Below, in pieces: positions 18,160-28,760 of a stretch of 49,670 nucleotides of DNA; within the stretch, counting starts at the first letter, position 1, and every line of letters begins with the position of its first letter. The notes under the pieces were generated by a model that was not told the origin of the DNA, did not search any database, and worked only from the letters and a program-made list of their open reading frames with translations. Source of the DNA: Deltaproteobacteria bacterium TL4 (GTDB taxonomy: Bacteria > SAR324 > NAC60-12). Position numbers and translations under genes: made by a program. The stretch is taken from NCBI GenBank assembly GCA_051382335.1, contig JBBCAX010000216.1, positions 1 to 49,670 of the forward strand, written 5' to 3'.

Positions 18160-20259
18160 TCAGGGTTCATAATTAAAAAAATAATGCAACCCTGAGCGGG
18201 CATAAGCGTCAATCTCTTGACGAAGTGCCTTGGATTCCTCGTTGCATAAGGCACTCTGGCAAAATTTTAAATTCTGATCGGTTTCTATTTGATACGTTTC
18301 TTCATGGTCAAAACACATTTTTTTTATGCAATCAATCCAAAACGCATTCAAATACTGCTGAGATGAAGGATAAAAAAGCGAACGGCCCCAACTATGAATG
18401 GTTTTCGGCTCATCAAGAAGAAGGGACATTAAGGTGGGCAATAAATCCAAATGAGTGCCTCGTTCCTGCTTTATGGCAATCGGATTTTTGAGCAGAGTCG
18501 GCGCATAAAAAAGCAAAGGAATTTTTGAAATTCGGTATTTATCTTCAGGTTTCCATCTAAAACCCCCGTGAATGGGGTGATCCCCTGTGATAATAAATAA
18601 CGTTTCATTAAAATACGGTGCCTTTTTCGCTTTTTCAAAGTATTGCCCCAATGCAAAATCAGAATAGGCAAAGGTTCGAAAACGCTTATAAAAATATTGA
18701 TCATTATTCAACCGATCCTGCAAAAACTTGGGAATTTTAAGCTGTTGAGAAACCTGGAAATCATCTGGAACGCGAAAAGGAGCATGATTGCTCAAGGTCA
18801 TAACCATATTAAAGGTTGGTTTTTGCGCTTCAAGTAACTTTTCATGAAGGAGTTCAAACAAATCCCCATCATAAGCGCCAAAATCGGGTTTATCCTTACT
18901 GTTGATATGATGCTCTCCAAAATTTTCCTCAAACCCCCATCGTGATAGGGAATAATACATATCATGCCATTTCAGCGATCCTCCATAAAAAAACCGAGGA
19001 ACATACCCAAGTTTCTTCATCATTTTGGGTAAACTATACGGAAAGGGTTTGTAAACCTCCGGGAAGGTAAACTCCAGGGGAAACCCTGAAGAAAATCCAG
19101 GAATCCCCAACACCGCTTTCATGATGTTATGCATGGTTACGGTGCCCGCAGGGAAGTAATCCTCAAACGAAACGGACTGTTTTCTTAACTCTATCAAATT
19201 GCTTGCTGTAATTTGATTAAATCCGTCTTCCTCTAACCGAGTCACCCAATCCGAGAACGATTCCATAAACAACAGGACAATATGCTTTGGTTTTTTTGTT
19301 AAATACTGAGATCGCAATCCGGGAACTTGATATTCCATGGCCCAATAGGGACCATAGTCTTTAATACTCCTTAATTCATCTAAAGACGCATAAAACTCAA
19401 AATCACGTTTTACATTCTGCTTTGAAAAATCCAGACGTCCTCCTTTGTCTGCCCTTAAACTTTTCATCTGCTGTTGACGCGCAACCACTGGCAGAAAGTC
19501 ATTCTCCCAACTGGAATAAAGAGCGATCATGGGGTTACTATTGGTAAAATTCAAATGAGGTTGTGATAATTTAAAATATTTATACTGAATTAATAAGGGC
19601 CGCTCAAACGTTGCTCTTACTCCTAAAAGGAACAAAAAGAACCACATCACCACCCAGGCAGGATGCTGTAATGCTGTGATCTTAAATCGAGGAACAATAC
19701 GCTTCAAGAAGCGATTTAGAAAGACTCCAATCAATCCCAACCCCAATAAGCCGATCACCACTTTAGGAATCGGAACTTCGTCTGATATTCCGGCTAAAAC
19801 CAAGTCTGCATTTTCCTGATTGGTCCAAAACTCCCAAAATAAAACATTAAAATGATCCTGAAAATTGTAATAATACTGATGGGCAAGCTCAATCAAACAC
19901 ACACTGAAAAACAGAGCGATTGCCATCCAAAACTGTAAGAGCCAATAATATATTTTTTGAAAATTTGGAATAATCCACCATCCCATCAAAGTCAGCAGAA
20001 AAGGAGGCGCTAATAAGATGGTAGAAACAGATATATCCAGACGTGCCGCCAAGAGAAAGGTTTCAAGCAGCTCTCCCCAAGAAACTTTTTCGAAAAAACC
20101 GGAAGGCAGGAAATCGAAAAAAAAATACAATCGTCCTGCTGTAAAAACGCCTATCAAACTAGCCCAGATAAGAATCATCTCCCGAATAAAATGATTGTAA
20201 ATACTCATGCGGTAACGATTTTTGGGGAGCTGAAACGTGTATTTTGAAGTAGAAGTCAT
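18160..20259 (-). CDS. LTA synthase-family / sulfatase-like membrane phosphotransferase
   Basis: About five N-terminal TM helices; KHIVLLFMESF, TLSNHAPF, YSDFALG, ITGDH and HLDLLPT motifs. Start probably 20259 or 20208. Confidence 0.85.
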   Translation of the reverse strand: MTSTSKYTFQLPKNRYRMSIYNHFIREMILIWASLIGVFTAGRLYFFFDFLPSGFFEKVSWGELLETFLLAARLDISVSTILLAPPFLLTLMGWWIIPNFQKIYYWLLQFWMAIALFFSVCLIELAHQYYYNFQDHFNVLFWEFWTNQENADLVLAGISDEVPIPKVVIGLLGLGLIGVFLNRFLKRIVPRFKITALQHPAWVVMWFFLFLLGVRATFERPLLIQYKYFKLSQPHLNFTNSNPMIALYSSWENDFLPVVARQQQMKSLRADKGGRLDFSKQNVKRDFEFYASLDELRSIKDYGPYWAMEYQVPGLRSQYLTKKPKHIVLLFMESFSDWVTRLEEDGFNQITASNLIELRKQSVSFEDYFPAGTVTMHNIMKAVLGIPGFSSGFPLEFTFPEVYKPFPYSLPKMMKKLGYVPRFFYGGSLKWHDMYYSLSRWGFEENFGEHHINSKDKPDFGAYDGDLFELLHEKLLEAQKPTFNMVMTLSNHAPFRVPDDFQVSQQLKIPKFLQDRLNNDQYFYKRFRTFAYSDFALGQYFEKAKKAPYFNETLFIITGDHPIHGGFRWKPEDKYRISKIPLLFYAPTLLKNPIAIKQERGTHLDLLPTLMSLLLDEPKTIHSWGRSLFYPSSQQYLNAFWIDCIKKMCFDHEETYQIETDQNLKFCQSALCNEESKALRQEIDAYARSGLHYFFNYEP

Positions 20260-20261
20260 GT

Positions 20262-21302
20262 CTAAATTACCTGATAATTGAAATCCCGTCGCTGAGGAAC
20301 AAATCCCGCTTCCTTCAAATAAGCACAAGCCTCTTCTTCTGTTCGGACTCCAAAAGATTTTAACACGTTCTCTTCTAAAACTGCGGAACTGATGTCATTA
20401 GCTCCAATACGGAGTGCAATTTTGCTCAAATCCTTGCCCATAACCATCACACTGATCTCAAGATTCTCAATGTTTTCCAAATACAAACGTGAAAACGCAA
20501 GGATTTTAAAGAATTGATCCGGCCTCATTTTTTGGATTTTAAAACGCTTGGTTTGTTGCTGATAAACCCATAGGATAAAGGCGTGAAACCCGCCTGTATG
20601 ATCTTGAATATTTCGCACTGCCTCAAGGTGCATCACAATTTCATCCAAACGTTCACCTCCCCCTACAACCATTGTCGCGGAACCTGGTAAACCATGACGA
20701 TGACATTCTTCCATAATGGAACACCATTCCTCAACGGTACATTTATTGGGGGATAACTCTTGACGCATACGTTCCACCAGCAATTCTGCACCTGCACCGG
20801 GTATAGAATCGACTCCTGCCTTCTTCAATAACGCTAACACCTCTTCAATCGGACGCTTTGTTACTTGGCTGATTCCCAAGATTTCAACAGGAGAAAAGGC
20901 CCGAATATTAATCCCGTACTGCTGTTTAACATGAACAATAATATCCGTATAATATTCCAAAGGAAGGCCAGGATGAACTCCCCCTTGAAAAAACATCTGA
21001 TTTGCTCCTTGTTTCAAGGCTTCTTCAACTTTTTGACAAACGTCATCTTTACTCAAGACATAAACAGATTTGTGTCCCAATTCCTTCTGAAAACTACAAA
21101 ACTTGCAATCAACCACACAAGCATTGGTATAGTTGATAATCCGAAACATCGTATATGAAGCGTATTGATCTCCGTGTTTCATACAACGAAATTCCCAAGC
21201 AGCCTTAGCCAACTCCAACCAGTCAAAATGAGTCAGTACCTCTAAACCCTCTTCAAATGACAGCCTTCCTCCGTCTAACACATTTTTTAAATAGCGATGC
21301 AT
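20262..21302 (-). CDS. mqnC: CofH/MqnC-family radical SAM protein, probably cyclic dehypoxanthine futalosine synthase
   Basis: INYTNACVVDCKFC (CxxxCxxC), QGGVHP, AFSPVEI, PGAGAELL, GAND...EENV motifs. MqnC versus other CofH-like proteins cannot be settled by eye. Confidence 0.65.
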   Translation of the reverse strand: MHRYLKNVLDGGRLSFEEGLEVLTHFDWLELAKAAWEFRCMKHGDQYASYTMFRIINYTNACVVDCKFCSFQKELGHKSVYVLSKDDVCQKVEEALKQGANQMFFQGGVHPGLPLEYYTDIIVHVKQQYGINIRAFSPVEILGISQVTKRPIEEVLALLKKAGVDSIPGAGAELLVERMRQELSPNKCTVEEWCSIMEECHRHGLPGSATMVVGGGERLDEIVMHLEAVRNIQDHTGGFHAFILWVYQQQTKRFKIQKMRPDQFFKILAFSRLYLENIENLEISVMVMGKDLSKIALRIGANDISSAVLEENVLKSFGVRTEEEACAYLKEAGFVPQRRDFNYQVI

Positions 21303-21348
21303 GTGATTGCTCTTGTAAATGATTATTGCTTTTTAGGCTTTTAAAAAG

Positions 21349-23262
21349 TTACTGGATCCGAGATGCTTTTGCCCGCTGTGTTTGTTGATTTTTCAAATAA
21401 ATTTGAATCACATTAATGGCGGCTGGAGTCATCCCACTGATTCTGCTTGCTAATCCTAAATTGGCCGGACGAAATGCTTTAAACTTCTCTATCACTTCCA
21501 GTGATAATCCTGGAATAGTGTTGTAATTGAGTTCTAATGGTAATTTTACCCGTTCCAATTCATTGAATTGTTTCAACTCCTGATGTTGACGGGCGATATA
21601 CCCTTCATATTTGATATCTGTCTCCACCTGCTCTCTCACCACGGGTTGATACTCGTTCCAGAGCGTATCGTCTCCAAGTAATGGAAATGACCGTAACGAC
21701 TCAATATTAATACCAGGACGCTTTAATAAAGCGGCGACGGTCACCGTTTGTTTAAGGGGGGCTTCTCCTCGATCCTCCAAGGCTTGATTAACTTGGGCCT
21801 CCGGTGCAATTTTGAGAGTCTCAATGTATTGGGAAAGCTGAACAATTTTTTCTTTCTTTTCCTCAACCCTACGATAATATTCCTCAGGCAGTAAACCTGC
21901 TCTGAAGCCCTTTTCACTTAACCTTTGATCCGCATTATCTTCCCTTAATATCAAGCGATATTCTGCGCGTGATGTGAAAACCCTGTAAGGTTCGTTGGTC
22001 CCTTTTGTGATGAGATCATCAATCAACACCCCAATATAAGCTTCACTTCGTTTGATGATTAAGGGCGGTTCCTTTTTAACTTTTAATGCGGCATTAATTC
22101 CCGCAATAAGTCCTTGTGCTGCTGCTTCTTCATAACCGGTGGTTCCATTGATTTGTCCAGCCATAAATAAATTATGGATATCTTTCATTTCCAATGTTTG
22201 ATGCAATTGAGTAGGAAAGACATAGTCATATTCAATGGCATATCCAGGACGAATCATCTCCACATTTTCCAAGCCCTCAATGGTTCTTAGAAACTCTAAT
22301 TGTATTGTCGCAGGCATACTTGTGGATAAACCATTCGGATAGATTTCAAGACTGTTGAGTCCTGTCGGTTCCAAAAAGATTTGATGCCTTAATTTATCAG
22401 CAAACTTTACAACTTTATCCTCAATAGACGGACAGTATCTCGGACCAATTCCTTTGATTGCGCCACCGTAGAGTGCGGAGAGCATCAGGTTCTTTTTGAT
22501 AACTTCGTGTGTTGACGCATTGGTATAGGTAATATGACAAGGCACCTGTGGCAAGCGAATTTCAGAATCCCAAAAAGAAAATTTTCGAATGGGCGTATCT
22601 CCATGATGGGCTGTCGTTTTATTCCAATCGATCGTACGTTTATCCAAACGAGCAGGCGTTCCCGTTTTCAAACGTCCCATTTGAACTGATTTTTCAGCCA
22701 AAGAACCGGATAACTTTTTGGCAGGAGGTTCATTGATTCTTCCTCCTTCAACCCGTTCCTTTCCGCAGTGTATCAAGCCATTAAGAAATGTTCCTGTCGT
22801 AATCACAAGGGTTTTTCCGAAATACTCCGTTCCAGCTTGAGTTTTCAAACCCACAACCTGATTTTCCTCAAAAATCAACTCCTCAACCAACCCCTCTGCC
22901 AAGGTTAAATGGGCCTGAGTTTCAAAAACCTGACGCATGTATGCTTTATATTCATACATCTCTGATTGACAACGAGTACCCCGGGTTGCCGGACCCTTTG
23001 AGCCATTAAGCATCCGAAACTGAATGCCCGTCGCATCTGCGGCCTTTCCCATTTCACCGCCAAGAGCATCAATTTCTTTAACCAGATGCCCTTTGCCTAT
23101 TCCTCCAATGGCAGGATTACAGGACATCTGTCCTATTGTTTCTTTGGACATGGTAACTATTAGCGTTTCAACACCAATCCTTGCCGCAGCAAGTGCTGCT
23201 TCACAGCCCGCATGCCCTGCGCCAACCACAATCACATCGTACTTTTTTTGATTTTGTTCCAT
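21349..23262 (-). CDS. mnmG: tRNA uridine-5-carboxymethylaminomethyl(34) synthesis enzyme MnmG (GidA)
   Basis: [47 protein letters not shown] motifs. Confidence 0.98.
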   Translation of the reverse strand: MEQNQKKYDVIVVGAGHAGCEAALAAARIGVETLIVTMSKETIGQMSCNPAIGGIGKGHLVKEIDALGGEMGKAADATGIQFRMLNGSKGPATRGTRCQSEMYEYKAYMRQVFETQAHLTLAEGLVEELIFEENQVVGLKTQAGTEYFGKTLVITTGTFLNGLIHCGKERVEGGRINEPPAKKLSGSLAEKSVQMGRLKTGTPARLDKRTIDWNKTTAHHGDTPIRKFSFWDSEIRLPQVPCHITYTNASTHEVIKKNLMLSALYGGAIKGIGPRYCPSIEDKVVKFADKLRHQIFLEPTGLNSLEIYPNGLSTSMPATIQLEFLRTIEGLENVEMIRPGYAIEYDYVFPTQLHQTLEMKDIHNLFMAGQINGTTGYEEAAAQGLIAGINAALKVKKEPPLIIKRSEAYIGVLIDDLITKGTNEPYRVFTSRAEYRLILREDNADQRLSEKGFRAGLLPEEYYRRVEEKKEKIVQLSQYIETLKIAPEAQVNQALEDRGEAPLKQTVTVAALLKRPGINIESLRSFPLLGDDTLWNEYQPVVREQVETDIKYEGYIARQHQELKQFNELERVKLPLELNYNTIPGLSLEVIEKFKAFRPANLGLASRISGMTPAAINVIQIYLKNQQTQRAKASRIQ

Positions 23263-23443
23263 ATAATTCCTTAAAAAGGATTAAACAAGGCTGCCTTTTC
23301 TAGCAAATTTTCACCTTTTTGTCCATGACAACAAGCAGGAAGATTCCAAACGGATTCAGATTTGATGATTCTTGAAAGGCTATATTTGGGATGGGCACAG
23401 AAAAAAAAGATAAAAACTCAAGCAGCTTATTCTAAAGCCATTC

Positions 23444-26266
23444 TTATTTGGCATGAACACCATAGACAGCATTTCTGAAAATCTTTGCAAGATCATCCTC
23501 TTTTTCAACAACCTTCGTTGCGGAGTGTGTCGTTTCCGCGCTGTTAGGATTGAACCAGAAGGCTGTTTTCACTTTTTCATCTTTGAGCGATATTTTTCGC
23601 TCACTTAAAAACCTCGCAATGGTCGTGTGAAAGGCCTTGTTTTTGAATGTATCCTGATAGTTGGCAGCGAGATGACTGGCCATAATTTTTAATTCTTTAT
23701 GATCATACTCATCGAGATACCAATTGGTCAGATTATCGCGATATAAAATCGAAAGACGTCCAAAACGCATCATACTATAAATGAAAAAGATCTCTAAATA
23801 ATGCTTTGGAGCCTGAATACAGTCTAAATAATGATAAGTCCGATACACAAAAAATTCGGTGATTTTGTCCGATAACCGCATAATGTTATCAGGACGGACA
23901 TAAGCCAAGCGCGAATCAACTGGATCTTTAATTTTCATCGAAGCTGAGTCAAATTCAAAAGCGGTTTTTTGCTCCTTAAGAGACCCGCGATTCACATAAC
24001 CATAATAGGAATTGAGGATACAATCCGCCAACGAATACAAAAAACTACTGGAGGTTGTTAAATCGACTTCGTCTGGTAAGTCATCTAACACCCCAAATGT
24101 ATCAAATCGTTTTCCAAGTTTACTCTCTGTTTGTAAGGATCGAAATTTCCATAATTTCGATTTTTCTTCATACCTTGCCTGAAGTCGTAAACGTGGCACT
24201 TTGAGGTGATGGAGAATACTTCTACGAACCATATTCCGTGGAGGTTCAAAGTTCTTTTGGTAGTAATGATACCAGATTTTAAACTCATTTTGATTACTTT
24301 CATCAGGAATCCCATGTCGGGTTTCAATATCCAAAACACGTTCAAGTGAGGCTTTAAACAACTCCTTCATCTCACTTTCAAACTCGATTACAGCTTTCGT
24401 TTCTCCTATATTCACATGTTCTAGAAACGTTCGTTGTGTTGAGCCTGGAGGAAAGGCACGATTTAGAAAATCTACCAAGAATTTTTCCCGGTAACTAGCA
24501 AAGACTCGCGTATCTCCTGGTTTGACAAAAACTTCAGAGACTTTGATATGCAATCCAAAACATAAATCAATAATCCTGGAAATTCTTTGACGCTCTTCTG
24601 CTTGTAAATATTCCAGATTTCCAAAAGCGATTTTCAAGATCTTATACTTAACCCACCAAGGATCCTTCGGTAACAACCCGTGTGTCTGTTCCATTTCCAA
24701 TAATTCCCATAATCGAAGTCCATAAGGCTTTTCCTTATCAGCCCTCTCCTCTGGAGTTGGTTCCTTGATAAACTCATTTAAAACATTCGGTTCCTTGATA
24801 ATTTCAATAATCATGATCAAATACTTGGGCTCATGAAGCATTTCAATTCGGAACAAATTCAACAGGGCTTTTGCTAAATTTCCTGAAGACGCTTTAAACG
24901 ACTCCCAATAGATGGCACCCCCATGAGCTAAAATGTATCTTAATTTTAAACGAGGTGTACTTCCAAGATTTACTAGCATTTCTGCGTAATCCTTGTAGAG
25001 ATGAATGGCTCCATAACGGATATAATCCAGAGTACGCTCGTAAAACGCAGGCGAGTCATTGATGATCTTTGGTAAGATAAAATGTGTAGGAATCATTGGA
25101 GTAAACTGAATCCCCGGCATAAGCACATCATAGGTTAATATAAACTCATATGCTGATCCAGACGCCTCTTTGGATTCCAGCGTTGTTCCGTGATAGCCTT
25201 TTCGGTAAGTTACATTATCGCACAAAAACATGTAAATTTCCGCTTTTGGAAATTTACGTTGAATATAGTCTTGAATCGTATTAACCCGCTGTTTAATCAA
25301 TTCATGCTGATTTTTTTGCTCCTCCGCATGCTCCTTTTGATGATTGCGTTTGATCAAATCCATCATCTCATGAAGAAACATCTGACGAAGTTTGGTACCA
25401 TCAGGTTTTTTTAATTCTTGCCGATACTCCCCTTCTTTGAGTAGCAGATACTTAAATAACTGAGGAAAGGCTTTCCGTACCTGTCCATTCGCCATTTTTT
25501 GCAATTCTTTTTTAACCTCGGGATCTTGTAACTTTTCGGCTGGAATTTTTTTGTTCCTCCGAATCGCACTCATCCAAGACTGAATTTCTTTTTTTAAGGC
25601 CAAAATGATTCGTTCATCATTCCAATCTTCCAGATCAAAACAAAAAGGATCCAATTCATACTGCACTTGAATATCCAAATCGGAAACAATCGGTTTATGA
25701 CCTACGGTTCCAATGGATCCTAAAGATGAAATACTTACAAAGGGACAAATTCCTTTTACACTTCCTTCTGAAGGGCGTGTATTAAACTCAGATTGGATAT
25801 ATTCAAAAAAACGTTCACGAAAAATCTCAGGCAAATTGTCTATGCCTTTCACTCCGTGTGGCGCACTTTCTAAATAAAGATTTGAAGAGGTTTCATATTC
25901 ATGTTCCCTTTCAATCCCATAAATATGTTCAATTTCAATTCCTGTATATTTTACCTCAGAATATTTGGGATCATTAACGTGTAGAAAAAACAGGATCTCA
26001 TAGAGCGCTTTTTTCATGTCTTCGCCGAAATTTTCAAAGGCCAACTGCATCCGTGTGTTATTAAACTCCTGAAAAAAAGTATTTCCTTCCTCAAAACTTT
26101 TCTTCAACAGATCCTCACGCTCTGCTTGCATTTCAATCCCTCTATAGAACAGAGAGATCAATCCACGCTCAGAAAGCATCTCAACTTCTGTTTTTTCGTC
26201 AGGTATTATCTGCACCGCAACAGGTTTCTTTTTTTTCGCAAAGGGATTCAAAGCCATAATTAGCAT
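23444..26266 (-). CDS. divergent class I adenylate cyclase-like nucleotidyltransferase
   Basis: SLGSIGTVGH...SDLDIQV Pol-beta motif; EASGSA, NLG, YWESFK...KALL...E and DPW blocks occur in the same order as in enterobacterial CyaA. Confidence 0.7.
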   Translation of the reverse strand: MLIMALNPFAKKKKPVAVQIIPDEKTEVEMLSERGLISLFYRGIEMQAEREDLLKKSFEEGNTFFQEFNNTRMQLAFENFGEDMKKALYEILFFLHVNDPKYSEVKYTGIEIEHIYGIEREHEYETSSNLYLESAPHGVKGIDNLPEIFRERFFEYIQSEFNTRPSEGSVKGICPFVSISSLGSIGTVGHKPIVSDLDIQVQYELDPFCFDLEDWNDERIILALKKEIQSWMSAIRRNKKIPAEKLQDPEVKKELQKMANGQVRKAFPQLFKYLLLKEGEYRQELKKPDGTKLRQMFLHEMMDLIKRNHQKEHAEEQKNQHELIKQRVNTIQDYIQRKFPKAEIYMFLCDNVTYRKGYHGTTLESKEASGSAYEFILTYDVLMPGIQFTPMIPTHFILPKIINDSPAFYERTLDYIRYGAIHLYKDYAEMLVNLGSTPRLKLRYILAHGGAIYWESFKASSGNLAKALLNLFRIEMLHEPKYLIMIIEIIKEPNVLNEFIKEPTPEERADKEKPYGLRLWELLEMEQTHGLLPKDPWWVKYKILKIAFGNLEYLQAEERQRISRIIDLCFGLHIKVSEVFVKPGDTRVFASYREKFLVDFLNRAFPPGSTQRTFLEHVNIGETKAVIEFESEMKELFKASLERVLDIETRHGIPDESNQNEFKIWYHYYQKNFEPPRNMVRRSILHHLKVPRLRLQARYEEKSKLWKFRSLQTESKLGKRFDTFGVLDDLPDEVDLTTSSSFLYSLADCILNSYYGYVNRGSLKEQKTAFEFDSASMKIKDPVDSRLAYVRPDNIMRLSDKITEFFVYRTYHYLDCIQAPKHYLEIFFIYSMMRFGRLSILYRDNLTNWYLDEYDHKELKIMASHLAANYQDTFKNKAFHTTIARFLSERKISLKDEKVKTAFWFNPNSAETTHSATKVVEKEDDLAKIFRNAVYGVHAK

Positions 26267-26281
26267 GCTCTATGAAATAAT

Positions 26282-26923
26282 TTATGAAAGACATTTCTTG
26301 ATTTGCTGATAAACAGAATCAGGAGAAAGCATTCCATCGATGGTAGTCAAATTGCCACGATCTCCGTAATATTGGATAAGAGGTTTAGTTTGTTGGTGAT
26401 AGGTTTCCAGCCGACCTTTCACCGTTGCTTCATTATCATCATCTCTTTGAATCAGATCCTCACCTGTTACATCATCTTTTCCCGCAACTTTAGGTGGATT
26501 AAATTCAATGTGATAGGAGCGGCCACTACCTGAATGTACCCGTCTTCCAGAGATTCTTTTAATGACAGTTGTATCATCAACGGCCAAACTCACAACTTGA
26601 TCGATTTTTTCGTTATTTTTCAACAACATTTCATCTAATTTTTGAGCTTGCATGACATTTCTTGGAAATCCGTCCAATAAATATCCTTTCTTACAATCTG
26701 ATTGCTGAATACGTTCTCGGATAATATTAACAACAATTTCGTCACTTACGAGTTTCCCCGCATCCATCGCAGCCTTTGCCTGTCTTCCCACCTCTGAACC
26801 GGAAGTTACTGCAGCACGAAGCATATCACCCGTAGAAAGTTGTACAATATGATAGTCTCTGATAATATTCTGGGCTTGCGTTCCTTTTCCAGAACCAGGC
26901 GGGCCTAGTAAAATAAGTCTCAT
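26282..26923 (-). CDS. adk: adenylate kinase
   Basis: [27 protein letters not shown] domain [13 protein letters not shown] (non-zinc type). Confidence 0.98.
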   Translation of the reverse strand: MRLILLGPPGSGKGTQAQNIIRDYHIVQLSTGDMLRAAVTSGSEVGRQAKAAMDAGKLVSDEIVVNIIRERIQQSDCKKGYLLDGFPRNVMQAQKLDEMLLKNNEKIDQVVSLAVDDTTVIKRISGRRVHSGSGRSYHIEFNPPKVAGKDDVTGEDLIQRDDDNEATVKGRLETYHQQTKPLIQYYGDRGNLTTIDGMLSPDSVYQQIKKCLS

Positions 26924-27020
26924 CTGTTCCTTATGATGTTGAATGTTAACAGTTCATGAACCTCAATCAGGAAGTTCACCTTTGGATAAAATTTTATAAC
27001 ACTTTGTTGAAACGACAGGT

Positions 27021-28649
27021 TTATAGACTATCTGCTTCATGAACCAATTCCAGAAAAACGTCCTGTCCAATCTTTCTTTGCTCTTCCAGAATTTCCTTTA
27101 AAAACTGAGATTTGGTCAACAAGTTTGTCAAAACGGTTCGAAAGACGACAATCTCTTGTGAATATCCCGCCGACTCCAAGGTGGTTCTGGACACAAAACT
27201 TTCTCCTGCTTCTCTTTGCCGTTTCTGTAACTCTACATTGACAACGTTCAGTTTTTTATTCATCTTGGATAACTGTTTTAAATTACCTTCCAGTTTATAT
27301 TTTTCTAATATTTTCATCCACGCTTCCGGAACATATCGATAAGTCAAAATACAGATATCCGGTTCACTAGTCCGCTCAAAATCAGGAGCTTCGTCAACAA
27401 GGTTTTTCATTAACTCTGTGAGTTGAATGGATTTCTTTAATAAGACATTGTAGCCATCCATTCCCAGCATTTTCAAGGAAAACCACAATTTTAACGCATT
27501 AAAACGCCGCGAACCTTCCAACGAAGTCTGTCCTAGATCAACAGAGCCTTTTCTGATTATATAATTGGCATTATGTCGCAACAGATCCAAGGTGTTTTTT
27601 TCTTTAAATAACACCGTTCCATGTGCCAATGCCAAATAGAATAGCTTATGGCCATCTAAAACCACAGAATCCGCTTGTTCTATTCCACGTAAACGCTCTC
27701 TCAAATCTTTTGCCAGTAGCAATGCCCCACCCCATGCGGCATCAACATGAAACCAGATTTTTTCACGCTGCGCAATGATGGCCATTTTTTCAAGGGGATC
27801 AATATTACCAGTCTCTGTTGTTCCCGCAATACCAATAATCGCTAAAATTGCCACATTATTTCTTTTCAATTCTTCTATCTTTTTTTCAAGAGCATCGATG
27901 CGAATACCATTACGATCATCTACGGGTAAAGTCACTACTGACGCTTCACCCAGTCCAAGCACCCCTGCACATTTTCTCAGGGAATAGTGAACTCTCCTCG
28001 AAGCCAGAATCGCTACGTCTTCATATCCAGCCTCTCTAACTACTATGAGGATCCCTTTCTCCCGCACCCCAGGAAACCGTTTTTCTCTTGCAACAGCCAG
28101 CGCCGTCAAATTTCCTAAGGTTCCTCCACCGGTCATATTCCCCAACGCAACGGAGTGATTTTGGATGCAATCTTGATAAAATTGGTCAGAATTCGCATAA
28201 ACCAGACGATGGAACCACGCAATAGTTTGCCGTTCAACAAAGGAGGATGCTAAGGCTGTTTCAATTTTAACCTGATTCTGATTGATTGAGGTAATGAGAA
28301 TATCCACCACGGCAGAAAACCAAGGGATTGCCGTCGTCATGTGCCCAATATAGCGTGGATTATTAACACGGACTGAGTTATTCAAAATCTTTTGGATACA
28401 TTCTTCAAAAACATCCTCTATCTCCGCGCCGACCTCTGGGAGATGAATATCACTAAAGGCTTCTGCTAATTCAGGAAGTGTGATATCCGCATGAATCTTA
28501 CGTTTTTCCGGATTTTTTAACCACTTCAGCGCAATTTGAATAGCCTGATCTCCCCATTTACGAAAGGTGTCATCATCACCTGGACCAACAAAAAACTTAT
28601 GACGCAAATTATCGATGGCTTCTTGTGTGGGAAACTCAAATTCCTTCAT
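27021..28649 (-). CDS. panP: PLP-dependent group II decarboxylase, PanP-type aspartate 1-decarboxylase
   Basis: YIGHMT, NQNQVKIET, GGTLGNLTAL, AGTTETG, HVDAAWGG, DGHK, DLGQTSLEGSR and GESFVSRT motifs, typical of the PanP subfamily. Confidence 0.75.
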   Translation of the reverse strand: MKEFEFPTQEAIDNLRHKFFVGPGDDDTFRKWGDQAIQIALKWLKNPEKRKIHADITLPELAEAFSDIHLPEVGAEIEDVFEECIQKILNNSVRVNNPRYIGHMTTAIPWFSAVVDILITSINQNQVKIETALASSFVERQTIAWFHRLVYANSDQFYQDCIQNHSVALGNMTGGGTLGNLTALAVAREKRFPGVREKGILIVVREAGYEDVAILASRRVHYSLRKCAGVLGLGEASVVTLPVDDRNGIRIDALEKKIEELKRNNVAILAIIGIAGTTETGNIDPLEKMAIIAQREKIWFHVDAAWGGALLLAKDLRERLRGIEQADSVVLDGHKLFYLALAHGTVLFKEKNTLDLLRHNANYIIRKGSVDLGQTSLEGSRRFNALKLWFSLKMLGMDGYNVLLKKSIQLTELMKNLVDEAPDFERTSEPDICILTYRYVPEAWMKILEKYKLEGNLKQLSKMNKKLNVVNVELQKRQREAGESFVSRTTLESAGYSQEIVVFRTVLTNLLTKSQFLKEILEEQRKIGQDVFLELVHEADSL

Positions 28650-28760
28650 TCAAAACCTCATCTACCCTTTTGCGTTCAAATTTACTGTCTAATCTGATCC
28701 AACCCATTATTATTAAGATATACACAATACTACTTAAGAAAAAAAGTGTTAAATTCTATT

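Noticed and set aside
20260..20328. N-terminal extension of the LTA-synthase-like ORF to 20328
   Set aside because: It overlaps the radical SAM gene. ATG 20259 or 20208 gives a normal operon junction.
23444..26266. CBASS CD-NTase
   Set aside because: Motif order and size match class I adenylate cyclase, and the neighbours are adk and mnmG rather than Cap effectors.
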